From Candidatus Eiseniibacteriota bacterium (lineage in GTDB: Bacteria; Eisenbacteria; RBG-16-71-46; CAIMUX01): 64,000 nt of DNA. Within the stretch, counting starts at the first letter, position 1. Each line of letters opens with the position of its first letter. The notes beneath the pieces are model-generated. The model searched no databases. It saw only the letters and a program-made list of their open reading frames with translations, and was not told where the DNA came from. Below are positions 18,201-26,734 of this stretch, piece after piece. The stretch covers positions 269,809-333,808 of the forward strand of contig JADJQY010000042.1 of the NCBI GenBank assembly GCA_016712505.1, given 5' to 3'. Both the position numbers and the translations under genes were made by a program.

Positions 18201-19387
18201 GATGCTCCTCCGTTGGCAACCGGCGGGCCCCTCCGCGGGATCCGCCGCTCGGCTGGTCCTGCGGTGCTCAGTTCGGCTTGCGATACTCGGCGCGCACCAC
18301 GGTGCGAATTCCGCCGCGCACGAAGAAGTCTCCCTCGATCTGCATCCGACGCGGGCTGGTGACCGCGACCAGATCGTCGAGGATCCGGTTGGTCACGTCC
18401 TCGTGGAAGTGCCCCTCGTCCCGGAAGGACCAGATGTAGAGCTTGAGCGACTTCAACTCGACGCAGAGTTCGTCCGGCACATACCGGATCCGCAGCGTGG
18501 CAAAGTCCGGCTGCCCGGTCTTCGGACAGAGGCAGGTGAACTCCGGAATCTCGAACTCGATCTCGTACTCCCTCCCCGGTCGCGGGTTGGGAAACGTCTC
18601 GAGGGTCTTCGAAGGCTGACTGGGCCACCTGCGTGCTCCTGGCGGGTTCACTCCGGCCCTGCGGGCGTCCGATACCGACGGCAAGTTCAGCCAACCGCGA
18701 CCGCCGTCCGCCAGTCGGCGAATCAGAGCGGGCCTCGGTGCCCGCCATCGCGCGCCGGGGCAGGACGGAGATGCACCCGCCCCGCGCCCCATCAACTCCC
18801 GCCGGCCCGCCCCCCCCCCAGAGCCACGCCTTGGCGAACGTCCAGTCGCGGGTGATCGTCCGGACGGAGACGTCGAGGATCTCGGCCGCTTCCTCGAAGG
18901 TGTAGCCGGCGAAGTAGAGCAGCTCGACGACCTGGAGCTTGCGGGGATCTTCCTTGCCCAGTCGTTCGAGGGAGTCGTTGAGGTCGGTGAACTCCACCGC
19001 CGCGGCGCGAGCATCGAGCAGGCTCTCTCCCAGGCTGACCCGGACGGCGTCGGCGCCGCCGCGCCGGAGCGCCTTCCGCTCACGGGCATAGTCGATCAGG
19101 ACCCGGCGCATGGTGGTGGCGGCCACGGCGAGCAGGTGCCTGGGATCGGTGATCTGGGAGCGGGTCTCGCGGGCGAGGCGGATGTACGCTTCGTGGGCCA
19201 GGGCGGTGGGGCGAAGGGTATGGCCGGCCCGCTCGCGACGGAGGAGGACGTCGGCCAGCCCGCGGAACTCGGCGTAAACCAGGGGGAGCATCTGGTCGAG
19301 CGATGAGGCACCGTCGCCGGACGCCTGGGTCATCACCCCACGCACGAATCGCTCGATCTCTCTCGATCCTGGTTCAGCGAGCGACAT
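18098..19387 (-). CDS. ECF-type RNA polymerase sigma-70 factor (TIGR02999/ECF43-like). The ORF as assembled reads through a G10 tract into a ~240-aa Arg-rich junk extension that overlaps queF.
   Basis: Region 2 ([12 protein letters not shown]) and region 4 ([39 protein letters not shown]) are clear in the first ~190 aa from the ATG at 19387. Beyond WLWGGGG the translation is low-complexity and overlaps the bona fide queF in another frame. The real gene probably ends near 18793. Confidence 0.6.
   Translation of the reverse strand: MSLAEPGSREIERFVRGVMTQASGDGASSLDQMLPLVYAEFRGLADVLLRRERAGHTLRPTALAHEAYIRLARETRSQITDPRHLLAVAATTMRRVLIDYARERKALRRGGADAVRVSLGESLLDARAAAVEFTDLNDSLERLGKEDPRKLQVVELLYFAGYTFEEAAEILDVSVRTITRDWTFAKAWLWGGGGPAGVDGARGGCISVLPRRAMAGTEARSDSPTGGRRSRLAELAVGIGRPQGRSEPARSTQVAQSAFEDPRDVSQPATGEGVRDRVRDSGVHLPLSEDRAAGLCHAADPVCAGRTLRRVEVAQALHLVLPGRGALPRGRDQPDPRRSGRGHQPASDADRGRLLRARRNSHRGARRVSQAELSTAGPAERRIPRRGPPVANGGASCPDRAGFRDSWRGSARSRQWPARGRGAGRPPRG
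18268..18792 (-). CDS. queF: NADPH-dependent 7-cyano-7-deazaguanine reductase QueF (unimodular YkvM type)
   Basis: Unmistakable QueF core: E(I)[26 protein letters not shown]...[18 protein letters not shown]. The ATG at 18792 sits in a TGATG arrangement with the predicted true end of the upstream sigma gene (see findings). The N-terminal boundary is otherwise uncertain. Confidence 0.7.
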   Translation of the reverse strand: MGRGAGASPSCPGARWRAPRPALIRRLADGGRGWLNLPSVSDARRAGVNPPGARRWPSQPSKTLETFPNPRPGREYEIEFEIPEFTCLCPKTGQPDFATLRIRYVPDELCVELKSLKLYIWSFRDEGHFHEDVTNRILDDLVAVTSPRRMQIEGDFFVRGGIRTVVRAEYRKPN

Positions 19388-19405
19388 GCGTCGCAACCTC
19401 CAGGG

Positions 19406-22400
19406 CTAGGAACGAGCGGGCGGCTTCATCGTCGCCGTCACCCAGCTCACCGCGTCCTCGAGCGTGCGCGCGGCCCCCCGCGCCAGACGCTCGGCCAACA
19501 GCTCCAGTCCGATGCGCGCCCCGAGCTGATCGCGACGCGCATCGATCTTCGCACTTTCCGCCGCCTGTAGCACCACCTCGCCTCGATCTCGGCACTGGAT
19601 GACCGAGCCGAGCAGTTCCGCCGCCAAGGCGGGATCGCCCTCGGTCTCGGCCAGGCGGCTGAGCGACCGCAGGGTGGAGCAGACCCCGACGCGTTGCCCG
19701 AGACGCAGGCGGGTGTTCACCGCTTCGAGGAGACTCGCCCGCGCGGTCGACAGGTCCCCCAGGTCGATCGACGCCTCCCCGATGAGGTTGAGGCAGATTG
19801 CCGCCCCCAGGGGATCGTTGAGGTCGCGCATGATGCGGATCGACTCGTTGAGGTGGACCAGCGCCTCGCTCGGGCGCTGGGTGGCCCAGTTGAGCAGCCC
19901 GAGATTGTTGAGCGCCGTGGCCAGACCGCGACGGTCACCCAGTTCGCGGGCGAGGGCAATCTGCTCCTGATTCCGGAGGATCGCGCCGTCGGTGTCGCCG
20001 AGCGCGAGGCTTGCCATGGCGATGTTGCCGATCGAGGAGACGAGCGAGACCCGATCGCCGATCGCACGAAAGTGGCGGATCGCCTCCTCGAAGTAGGCGT
20101 GGGCGTCGGCGAAGCGGAGTCCGGCCAAGGCGTTGATTCCCGCCATGTGTGCCGCACGACCGCTCAGCTTCGGATCGCCGGTGGTGCGTGAAAGCGAAAC
20201 CCCGGCCTCGGTGTACGACCGGGCGCGATCGTGCTGATCGAGCTGCGCGTGATACCGACTGAGATTGAGCAACACGTCGATCCAGTCGCGCGCCTGTACG
20301 GCCGGCGGAAGCTCGGCGGGATCGCGAGGCGAAAGCGCGGTGACCCGCTCGAGCCAGGCGAGCCCCTCGCGCCAGAACCCGCGGGTCAGCCAGTAGCGCC
20401 CAAGGGTACCGGTGAGCAAGGTCGCGCGACCCAGGTCGGATCGCACCAGGGCGATCTCGAGCGCGGCCGCGACATTGATGTACTCCTCAGCCACGCGTTC
20501 CAGTCGTGCCTCCGCATCCTCCGGGGTGTCGTCGACCCGCGGCGGTACCAAGTTCACAGCGGAGGCGAGCAGACGGTTCTCCAGCTCCTCCCGCTCCCCT
20601 ACCTGGTCCAACTGGAAACGGGCGAAGGCGTTGATCGTCTCCAGGAAGCGATACCGCGAAGCGGCATCCTCTCGTACCACGACCACCTCGACGAGCGACT
20701 GCTCGACCAGTCGACTGAGGAGATCGCAGACCTGCCACCGCTCGAGGTGAACGTCGGCACAGACTTCCTCGGCCAGAGCAGCGGTCCAGCCGCCGCGGAA
20801 GACCGACAGGCGAGAGAAGAGCAGCCGCTCCACCGGCTCCAGGAGACGGTAGCTCCACTCGATCAGACCGGTGAGTGACTGGTGGCGCCCGGCGAGCCCC
20901 CGTACTTGCCCGATCTCGAACGGTCGGGTCACCACGCGATCCAGGATCTCGGCGCTGGAGTGGCTCCGCGCGTGGCTCGCCGCCAGTTCGATCGCGAGCG
21001 GCAACCCGTCGAGCCGTCGGCAGATCTCGGCCACGACCATGGTGGCCGCGTCATCGAGCACGAAATCGGACCTCCGCGCCCGGGCGCGGCTCTCGAAGAG
21101 GCGGACCGCCTCGTACTCGCGCACCAGCGCCGGGTCCGCATCGGGGGCCGGCAGCTCGAAGCGCGGGAGATCGAATACCTGCTCGTCGATCAGGTCGAGC
21201 GGTTCCCGGCTGGTGGCGAGGATCGTGACCTCCGGACAATGAGAGACCACCGCGTTGACCAGGTCGGCGGCGGCGTCGAGGAGGTGCTCGCAGTTGTCGA
21301 GCACGAGCAGCAGCCGCTGCGAGCCGAGGGCACGGAGGAGCGCGGCGTCCGGCGAGGCGTCGGTGGCGGCGTCGCGAACCCCCAGGGTGCGCGCCACGAG
21401 CGGGGCAATCGCGTCTCCTTCCCCCAGCAGGGTGAGGTCGACGAACCAGACCCCCTGGGGAAAGCGGTCGGCACTGCGCCGCGCTACCTCGATGGCAAGG
21501 CGGGTCTTGCCGCAGCCGCCCATCGCAACCAGGGTGACCAACCGATGTCGCGCCAGGAGCTCGAGGGCGGTCTCAAGCGCGCGCTCGCGACCGATGAAGG
21601 TCGAGAGCCGGGCGGGCAGGTGCACCGCCTGCGGTTCACCGTCGATCCGGCCCGCACCGGCCACCAGATGCAGGGCGCGGGCGCGCTCCCGCAGGAGCGC
21701 TTCCTCGAAGAACCGTCGCGCGTCCGACGCGGAGGGGCGTTTTGACGGCTCGAGATCGAGACAACGGGCAAGAAAGTGACGTACCGCTGCCGGGACCAGC
21801 GAGGGGAGCCGGATCCAGTCGATCTGCCCGCCGCGGGTCGCTTCGATCAAGGCCTGCCCATTTCCACCGGCCACCGCGGGTGAGCCGGAAAGGCACTCGA
21901 AGAGCACGCAGCCAAACGCCCAGAGGTCGGAACGATCGGCAATTGGCTCTCCTCCGGCCTGCTCGGGGCTCATGTAGCCCAAGGTTCCACAGAGGCCGGA
22001 CAGAGACGTCTCCTCCCCGCGTTCGGCGTTGAGCGAGGACGTGGTGGCAAGCCCAAAGTCGAGCACCTTGACCCAGCCGTCCGGTGTCAAACGGACGTTT
22101 TGCGGCTTGAGGTCCCGGTGGACGATCCCGCGGGCGTGGGCGGCCTCGAGCGCGGCCGCGATCTGCCGGGCCACATCGAGCGCATGCTCGAAGGGGAGCC
22201 CCTCCGTCCCGATCCGCTCGGAGAGGTTCGCGCCCGGGACATACTCCATGGCCAGGAACGCGATTGCCGTACCATCCTCGCGCGTCACATCCTCGAAGGC
22301 GAAGACCTGGGCCACATTCGGCTGGGAGACCGAGGCGAGCGAGCGAGCTTCCGCGCGCAGCTGCTCGCGTCGGACGGCGCTCGCGACCAGGTGGCGGGGA

Positions 22401-22756
22401 AAGGTCTTCAGCGCCACCTCGCGTTGCAGCTCGGGGTCGCGCGCGAGATAGACCACCCCCATTCCCCCGCGTCCCAGCTCCCGGAGGATGGGATAGCGAC
22501 CCAGACGATCGGGAGGAGACCCCGGCTGGTCCGACGGGGGAAGCAGGAACCGGTTGCTCAGATCGTTCGCCCGGAGGAGCGACTCGACATCGGCTCGCAG
22601 GGCCGCGTCATGGCCGCAGGCAGCGGCCAGACGCTGGGAACGACCAGCCGCGGGACTCTCCGCCAGTTCGTGGAAGATCGCCTCTGCTCTCGGATCCAGC
22701 ATGATCGGACAAGTATACCCGTGCGGAGGCGTTCCCGGTCCGTACATCGAGGGCAT
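19406..22756 (-). CDS. Ser/Thr protein kinase fused to an NB-ARC/AAA (STAND) ATPase and C-terminal TPR repeats
   Basis: The N-terminus carries the ...AEAIFHELAES...DAALRADVESLL motif typical of bacterial STKs. Kinase motifs are GRGGMGVVYLA, HRDLKPQNV, DFGLA. A P-loop follows (TLVAMGGCGKTRLAIEVA), then about 10 TPR-like repeats. It lies 18 bp upstream of the ECF sigma. Confidence 0.85.
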   Translation of the reverse strand: MPSMYGPGTPPHGYTCPIMLDPRAEAIFHELAESPAAGRSQRLAAACGHDAALRADVESLLRANDLSNRFLLPPSDQPGSPPDRLGRYPILRELGRGGMGVVYLARDPELQREVALKTFPRHLVASAVRREQLRAEARSLASVSQPNVAQVFAFEDVTREDGTAIAFLAMEYVPGANLSERIGTEGLPFEHALDVARQIAAALEAAHARGIVHRDLKPQNVRLTPDGWVKVLDFGLATTSSLNAERGEETSLSGLCGTLGYMSPEQAGGEPIADRSDLWAFGCVLFECLSGSPAVAGGNGQALIEATRGGQIDWIRLPSLVPAAVRHFLARCLDLEPSKRPSASDARRFFEEALLRERARALHLVAGAGRIDGEPQAVHLPARLSTFIGRERALETALELLARHRLVTLVAMGGCGKTRLAIEVARRSADRFPQGVWFVDLTLLGEGDAIAPLVARTLGVRDAATDASPDAALLRALGSQRLLLVLDNCEHLLDAAADLVNAVVSHCPEVTILATSREPLDLIDEQVFDLPRFELPAPDADPALVREYEAVRLFESRARARRSDFVLDDAATMVVAEICRRLDGLPLAIELAASHARSHSSAEILDRVVTRPFEIGQVRGLAGRHQSLTGLIEWSYRLLEPVERLLFSRLSVFRGGWTAALAEEVCADVHLERWQVCDLLSRLVEQSLVEVVVVREDAASRYRFLETINAFARFQLDQVGEREELENRLLASAVNLVPPRVDDTPEDAEARLERVAEEYINVAAALEIALVRSDLGRATLLTGTLGRYWLTRGFWREGLAWLERVTALSPRDPAELPPAVQARDWIDVLLNLSRYHAQLDQHDRARSYTEAGVSLSRTTGDPKLSGRAAHMAGINALAGLRFADAHAYFEEAIRHFRAIGDRVSLVSSIGNIAMASLALGDTDGAILRNQEQIALARELGDRRGLATALNNLGLLNWATQRPSEALVHLNESIRIMRDLNDPLGAAICLNLIGEASIDLGDLSTARASLLEAVNTRLRLGQRVGVCSTLRSLSRLAETEGDPALAAELLGSVIQCRDRGEVVLQAAESAKIDARRDQLGARIGLELLAERLARGAARTLEDAVSWVTATMKPPARS

Positions 22757-22830
22757 GACTTCAGGATCGTCTCTTGCTAGCGTAGCCTCGCATCGTCGAC
22801 GCCACGTCCGGCACCAGCCTGGGAGCCCGC

Positions 22831-24708
22831 TTGTCCTTCTCTCTCGAATCGATCACCGCGGTGGTCCGCGAACGCTGGGGATTCCCGGCTCTTCGTCCGT
22901 TCCAGGAGCGGGCGATCGAGGTCGCTCTGCGCCAACGCGATGCGCTCCTGGTACTGGCCACCGGCGGCGGAAAGTCGCTCTGCTATCAGGTGCCGCCCCT
23001 TCTCACCGGACGCCTGACCGTCGTCATTTCCCCCTTAAAGGCGCTGATGAACGATCAGGTCGCGGCCCTCGAACTTCTGGGCTATCCCGCGGCGGCGATC
23101 CACAGCGACCACTCGTTCGAGGAAAGCGGAGAGGTGCGGCGCCGGGTCGAACGGGGCGAGCTCAAGCTGCTCTACATCACGCCCGAGCGTCTCGCTCTCG
23201 ATGGATTCCAGCAGTGGCTGGAGCGCGTACGGCCGTCGGTCATCGCGGTCGACGAGGCACATTGCATCAGTCAGTGGGGGCATGATTTTCGCCCGGAGTA
23301 CCGGAGGATCGGCGAGTTGCGGGAGCGTTGGCCCTCGATCGCGATCCACGCCTACACCGCCACGGCGACGCCCCGGGTGCGGGCCGACATCATCCAGCAA
23401 CTGCGCCTGCGTGAACCGGAACAACTGATCGGCTCCTTCGACCGACCCAACCTCACCTATCGGGTGGTCCCCCGGGGTGACCTCGCAGCCCAGATCGCGC
23501 CGGTTCTTAGGCGTCACGCGGGGCAGGCCGGAATCGTCTATTGCCTGAGTCGACGGGACACCGAATCGCTGGCGGAGAAGCTCCAGAGCCGGGGAATCGA
23601 TTGCCAGGCGTATCACGCCGGTCTCCCGGCAGAGCGCCGGGCGAGGATCGAAACCGCCTTCCGCGAGGAGCGGCTCGATGTGGTGGTCGCCACCGTGGCG
23701 TTCGGAATGGGGATCGACCGGAGCGATGTGCGCTGCGTCCTGCACGCCTCCCTGCCCGAGTCGATCGAGCACTACATGCAGGAGACCGGCCGGGCCGGCC
23801 GTGACGGCATGCCTGCGGAGTGCGTCCTCTTCTACTCCGCCGGCGACTACATGCGTCGTCGCTACCTGCTCGAACGCGGGGCCGAGGCAGAGGAGGCCAA
23901 CCTCCGGGCGCGTCTTCATCTCCTCGGGAAGATGCGCGACTTCTGCGCCACGCAGATCTGCCGCCATCTCGCCCTCTCGGCGTACTTCGGGCAAGCCTAC
24001 GAGCGGGAGAACTGCTCCGCCTGCGACGTCTGCCTCGACACCTCGAAACCGCTGGAAGGCGGGAGCGAACTCGGGCAGACGATCCTCCGCACCGTTCTCG
24101 AACTCCGCTCGAATTTCGGTGCGGCCTACCTGGCCGACGTCCTGCGCGGGAGCAAACGGCAGGCGATCGTCGAGCGCCGACACGAGTTGATCAGCTCGCA
24201 CGGTGCGCTCGCCCGCTACGAGAAGCCGGTGGTCGGCGACCTGATCCAGCAGTTGATCGAGCAGAAGTTGCTCGAGCGAACCGATGACGAGTACCCGGTG
24301 GTTCGGCTCACCCGGGAGGGGATCGCGGCACTGCAGGAGGACGCACCGATCGTTCTGCGCGAGCCGCGGCTGGCCCGCGTCGACCCGCCGGCTCCGGCGC
24401 GAGGGCGGGGATCACGCGCGGATGGGCTCCCGGAAACGGAGTACGACGGTGGGGCCTTCGAGTCGCTACGCCAGCTCCGGCTGGAGATCGCGCGGGAAAT
24501 GGGAGTTCCGGCCTACATCGTGTTCGAGGACAGCACGCTCAAGGAGATGGCCCGGCAGCTCCCGCAGAGTGCGCAGGAGCTGCTCGAGGTTCGCGGGGTG
24601 GGAACCAAGAAGCTGGAGCGGTTCGGACCGAGGTTCCTGGTCCGCCTCCGCAGCCTGGCGCGCGACGAATCGACTACGCCGCCCGACGCGCAATCTCCGG
24701 GCGCGTGA
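22831..24708 (+). CDS. recQ: ATP-dependent DNA helicase RecQ
   Basis: The DEAH helicase core (LVLATGGGKSLCYQVPPLL, DEAHCISQWGHDFRP) is followed by the RQC zinc-binding cysteines, a winged-helix and an HRDC-like C-terminus. Confidence 0.9.
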   Translation: MSFSLESITAVVRERWGFPALRPFQERAIEVALRQRDALLVLATGGGKSLCYQVPPLLTGRLTVVISPLKALMNDQVAALELLGYPAAAIHSDHSFEESGEVRRRVERGELKLLYITPERLALDGFQQWLERVRPSVIAVDEAHCISQWGHDFRPEYRRIGELRERWPSIAIHAYTATATPRVRADIIQQLRLREPEQLIGSFDRPNLTYRVVPRGDLAAQIAPVLRRHAGQAGIVYCLSRRDTESLAEKLQSRGIDCQAYHAGLPAERRARIETAFREERLDVVVATVAFGMGIDRSDVRCVLHASLPESIEHYMQETGRAGRDGMPAECVLFYSAGDYMRRRYLLERGAEAEEANLRARLHLLGKMRDFCATQICRHLALSAYFGQAYERENCSACDVCLDTSKPLEGGSELGQTILRTVLELRSNFGAAYLADVLRGSKRQAIVERRHELISSHGALARYEKPVVGDLIQQLIEQKLLERTDDEYPVVRLTREGIAALQEDAPIVLREPRLARVDPPAPARGRGSRADGLPETEYDGGAFESLRQLRLEIAREMGVPAYIVFEDSTLKEMARQLPQSAQELLEVRGVGTKKLERFGPRFLVRLRSLARDESTTPPDAQSPGA

Positions 24709-25606
24709 GGATCTGATAGGCCACCTGGTAGGTCGAGCGCAGCACTTCCTCGCTCCATTCCTTACCCGGTGAGTCCTTCCCCATGGTCGCAGCCCACCGT
24801 TCCATCGCCGGATCCCGTGGTACGGAACCGAGACAGGTCACATCGATGTCGAGGAACCGCTCGCACACCTTGCGGATCACGTCGCCCGCCTTCTCGTCCC
24901 GCGCGGTCCGGGTCATGTTGACCACGAGGTAGACCCGGAACGCGTCGAGGGCGGCACGCACCGCCGGGACCTGGGTGGGTTCATGCGACTCCACCTCGGC
25001 CAACACCTCCTCGCAGGACTGCGGAACCCCGCGACCGTCGGCGCCACCGGTTCCGTCGAGCAGCCCTTTCAAGGTGGTGGTCTTGAGCAGGCTCGCCAGG
25101 TGACGGTAGACCGCAGCCTTCACGAACCCATAAGCGTTCTCGATCGAGGTCGGCTGGGGCGACATCACCACCAGTCGATTCGGCGCGGCGAGAAAGAAGT
25201 CGAGCTGGGTGAATCCGGAGCCGGCCCCGATGTCGACCAGGATGTAGTCGGCATTGAGCTTCTGGATCGCCCGGAGAATGCGCGTCTTCTGTCCGTAGTT
25301 CGGATTGGCCAGGGACGGGATTTCGCTCCCGCCGGCCAGTAGCCGGACGTTGGGAAGCGAGGTGTCGATCAGCACTTCATCCAGAGTCTGCGCCCGCTTG
25401 AGCACGAAGTCGTCGAGTGAGGTCTGCGGAATGCGGATGCCGAGCATGGTGTGCAGGTTTGCCCCGCCCAGATCGGCGTCGACCAGGATCACCTTCTTGT
25501 TCAAGCGACCGAGCCAGTAGGCCAGGGCGAGCGAGGTCACACTCTTCCCCACCCCTCCCTTGCCACCCCCGATTGCCCAGAAGCTGGCCGGAAGTTCGGC
25601 GCTCAT
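24674..25606 (-). CDS. MinD/ParA/FlhG-family P-loop ATPase
   Basis: Deviant Walker A GGGKGGVGKS with a VDADLGGANL switch region. I trimmed the start to MSAELPAS. It overlaps, and is probably co-transcribed with, the upstream PilZ-domain gene. Confidence 0.75.
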   Translation of the reverse strand: MSAELPASFWAIGGGKGGVGKSVTSLALAYWLGRLNKKVILVDADLGGANLHTMLGIRIPQTSLDDFVLKRAQTLDEVLIDTSLPNVRLLAGGSEIPSLANPNYGQKTRILRAIQKLNADYILVDIGAGSGFTQLDFFLAAPNRLVVMSPQPTSIENAYGFVKAAVYRHLASLLKTTTLKGLLDGTGGADGRGVPQSCEEVLAEVESHEPTQVPAVRAALDAFRVYLVVNMTRTARDEKAGDVIRKVCERFLDIDVTCLGSVPRDPAMERWAATMGKDSPGKEWSEEVLRSTYQVAYQILTRPEIARRAA

Positions 25607-26550
25607 CCCTTGAGCGTTTGTGCGTCCCACAGCGTCCATAGCAGTTGCCGATCTCCTCGCGACTGGTTGAGCACCTGACGCACGGCGAGCAGGAACTCCG
25701 GCGATGGCGTCACGTAGCGCACGCCCAGCCGGATTTGCTTTTCCTCTCCGTTCTTCTCCGCCTTGACCCAGGCGATCTCCGCCAGGCAGGTGTGGATCTC
25801 ACGATCCTGCGGCAGGGCCAGGTTCAGACGGAGGCGTGATCCCTTCTTGGTGTGCGGACCGAGTTGCCCGTAGGTGTCGCTCAGGACGATCCCCATCCCC
25901 AGCGACGAGAGGTCGACCACCCAGGCATCGAGGCGCGGATGAGCCCGGCCCTCGCTCGCACCACCGAGCAAGGTGACCCCGACCTGGAACGAGACCCGCC
26001 GACGGGTGGCCCTCCGCTGAGCCCGCGTTCCTCCCTCGGCAAACTCCTGGATGCGCCAGATCAGGGCCGATCCGAACGGGGCGAACGGAGGCTCCGGTCG
26101 CGGATCGCGACAGACGACGTAGCTGTTCGGCGCAAAGCGGTCGTCGGGAAACTCAGGGGTGGCCAGTTCCAGGTGATCGTTGCAGAGGGCGCTCCAGGCG
26201 TGATCCTCGCGGTCCGAACCGAGGAACTCGGCCAGTTCCGGGTCGGCGAATTCCGAGTCGGCCGTGCAACGAAGGTCGTTCTCGAGCATCGTCTTGAGCA
26301 AGCGCGAGAGGCGTGCCCCATCCGGCTCGCCCACCGCCAGGACCTTGAGAAGCGCCAGCGCCCGCAGGCGATGGCCGCGATGACAGAACTTCTCGAGCGT
26401 TGCCGAAAGCTCCTCGTCGTCGAGTTGCGACAAGGAGATACCGGCCACGGCGGACAGGGTCGGCGCCGCATCCGCACCCGCGGGAATCCGCGGACGCAGC
26501 CCTGCGAGATCACCGTCCAGAATCTGATCGAGGCGTTCGAGTGCGCTCAT
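25603..26550 (-). CDS. PilZ-domain protein (c-di-GMP receptor-like) with an N-terminal domain of unknown function
   Basis: The C-terminal PilZ signature (QRRATRRRVSF...DLSSLGMGIV) gives RxxxR and D/NxSxxG motifs. I trimmed the start to MSALERL (26550), which has a GGGAGA RBS. The ORF track's long N-terminal extension is Arg-rich junk. Confidence 0.6.
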   Translation of the reverse strand: MSALERLDQILDGDLAGLRPRIPAGADAAPTLSAVAGISLSQLDDEELSATLEKFCHRGHRLRALALLKVLAVGEPDGARLSRLLKTMLENDLRCTADSEFADPELAEFLGSDREDHAWSALCNDHLELATPEFPDDRFAPNSYVVCRDPRPEPPFAPFGSALIWRIQEFAEGGTRAQRRATRRRVSFQVGVTLLGGASEGRAHPRLDAWVVDLSSLGMGIVLSDTYGQLGPHTKKGSRLRLNLALPQDREIHTCLAEIAWVKAEKNGEEKQIRLGVRYVTPSPEFLLAVRQVLNQSRGDRQLLWTLWDAQTLKG

Positions 26551-26734
26551 AAGTCTCCCGCTCCCTTTTCGGGCGCCCGCGACCGCAGCTTGAGAGAAAG
26601 GAAACTGGCCGATTTCGGCCGACCGCCCGACCGGCCGGGTGCGCGGGTGGAGCAGGTAGCGCCAGTTACAGCCCTGCGCTATCCTCTCCGGGCGATTTTG
26701 TGGCAGCAATCGACCTGGTCTCCCGAGGTTTCCC

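Noticed and set aside
18098-18800. C-terminal ~240-aa 'extension' of the ECF sigma ORF
   Set aside because: It is low-complexity Arg/Gly-rich sequence that overlaps the unmistakable queF coding region in a different frame. It is best explained by a one-base difference in the G10 tract (see findings), not by a real extended sigma.
25607-25639. Longer N-terminal starts for the MinD-like ATPase (25639). Also for PilZ (26889), yceI (11792), the exonuclease (35119) and DUF4331 (33319).
   Set aside because: Upstream extensions are Arg-rich or lack homology. Internal ATGs give native-looking N-termini (signal peptides, Walker A at the expected distance) and better RBSs, so I used the shorter models.
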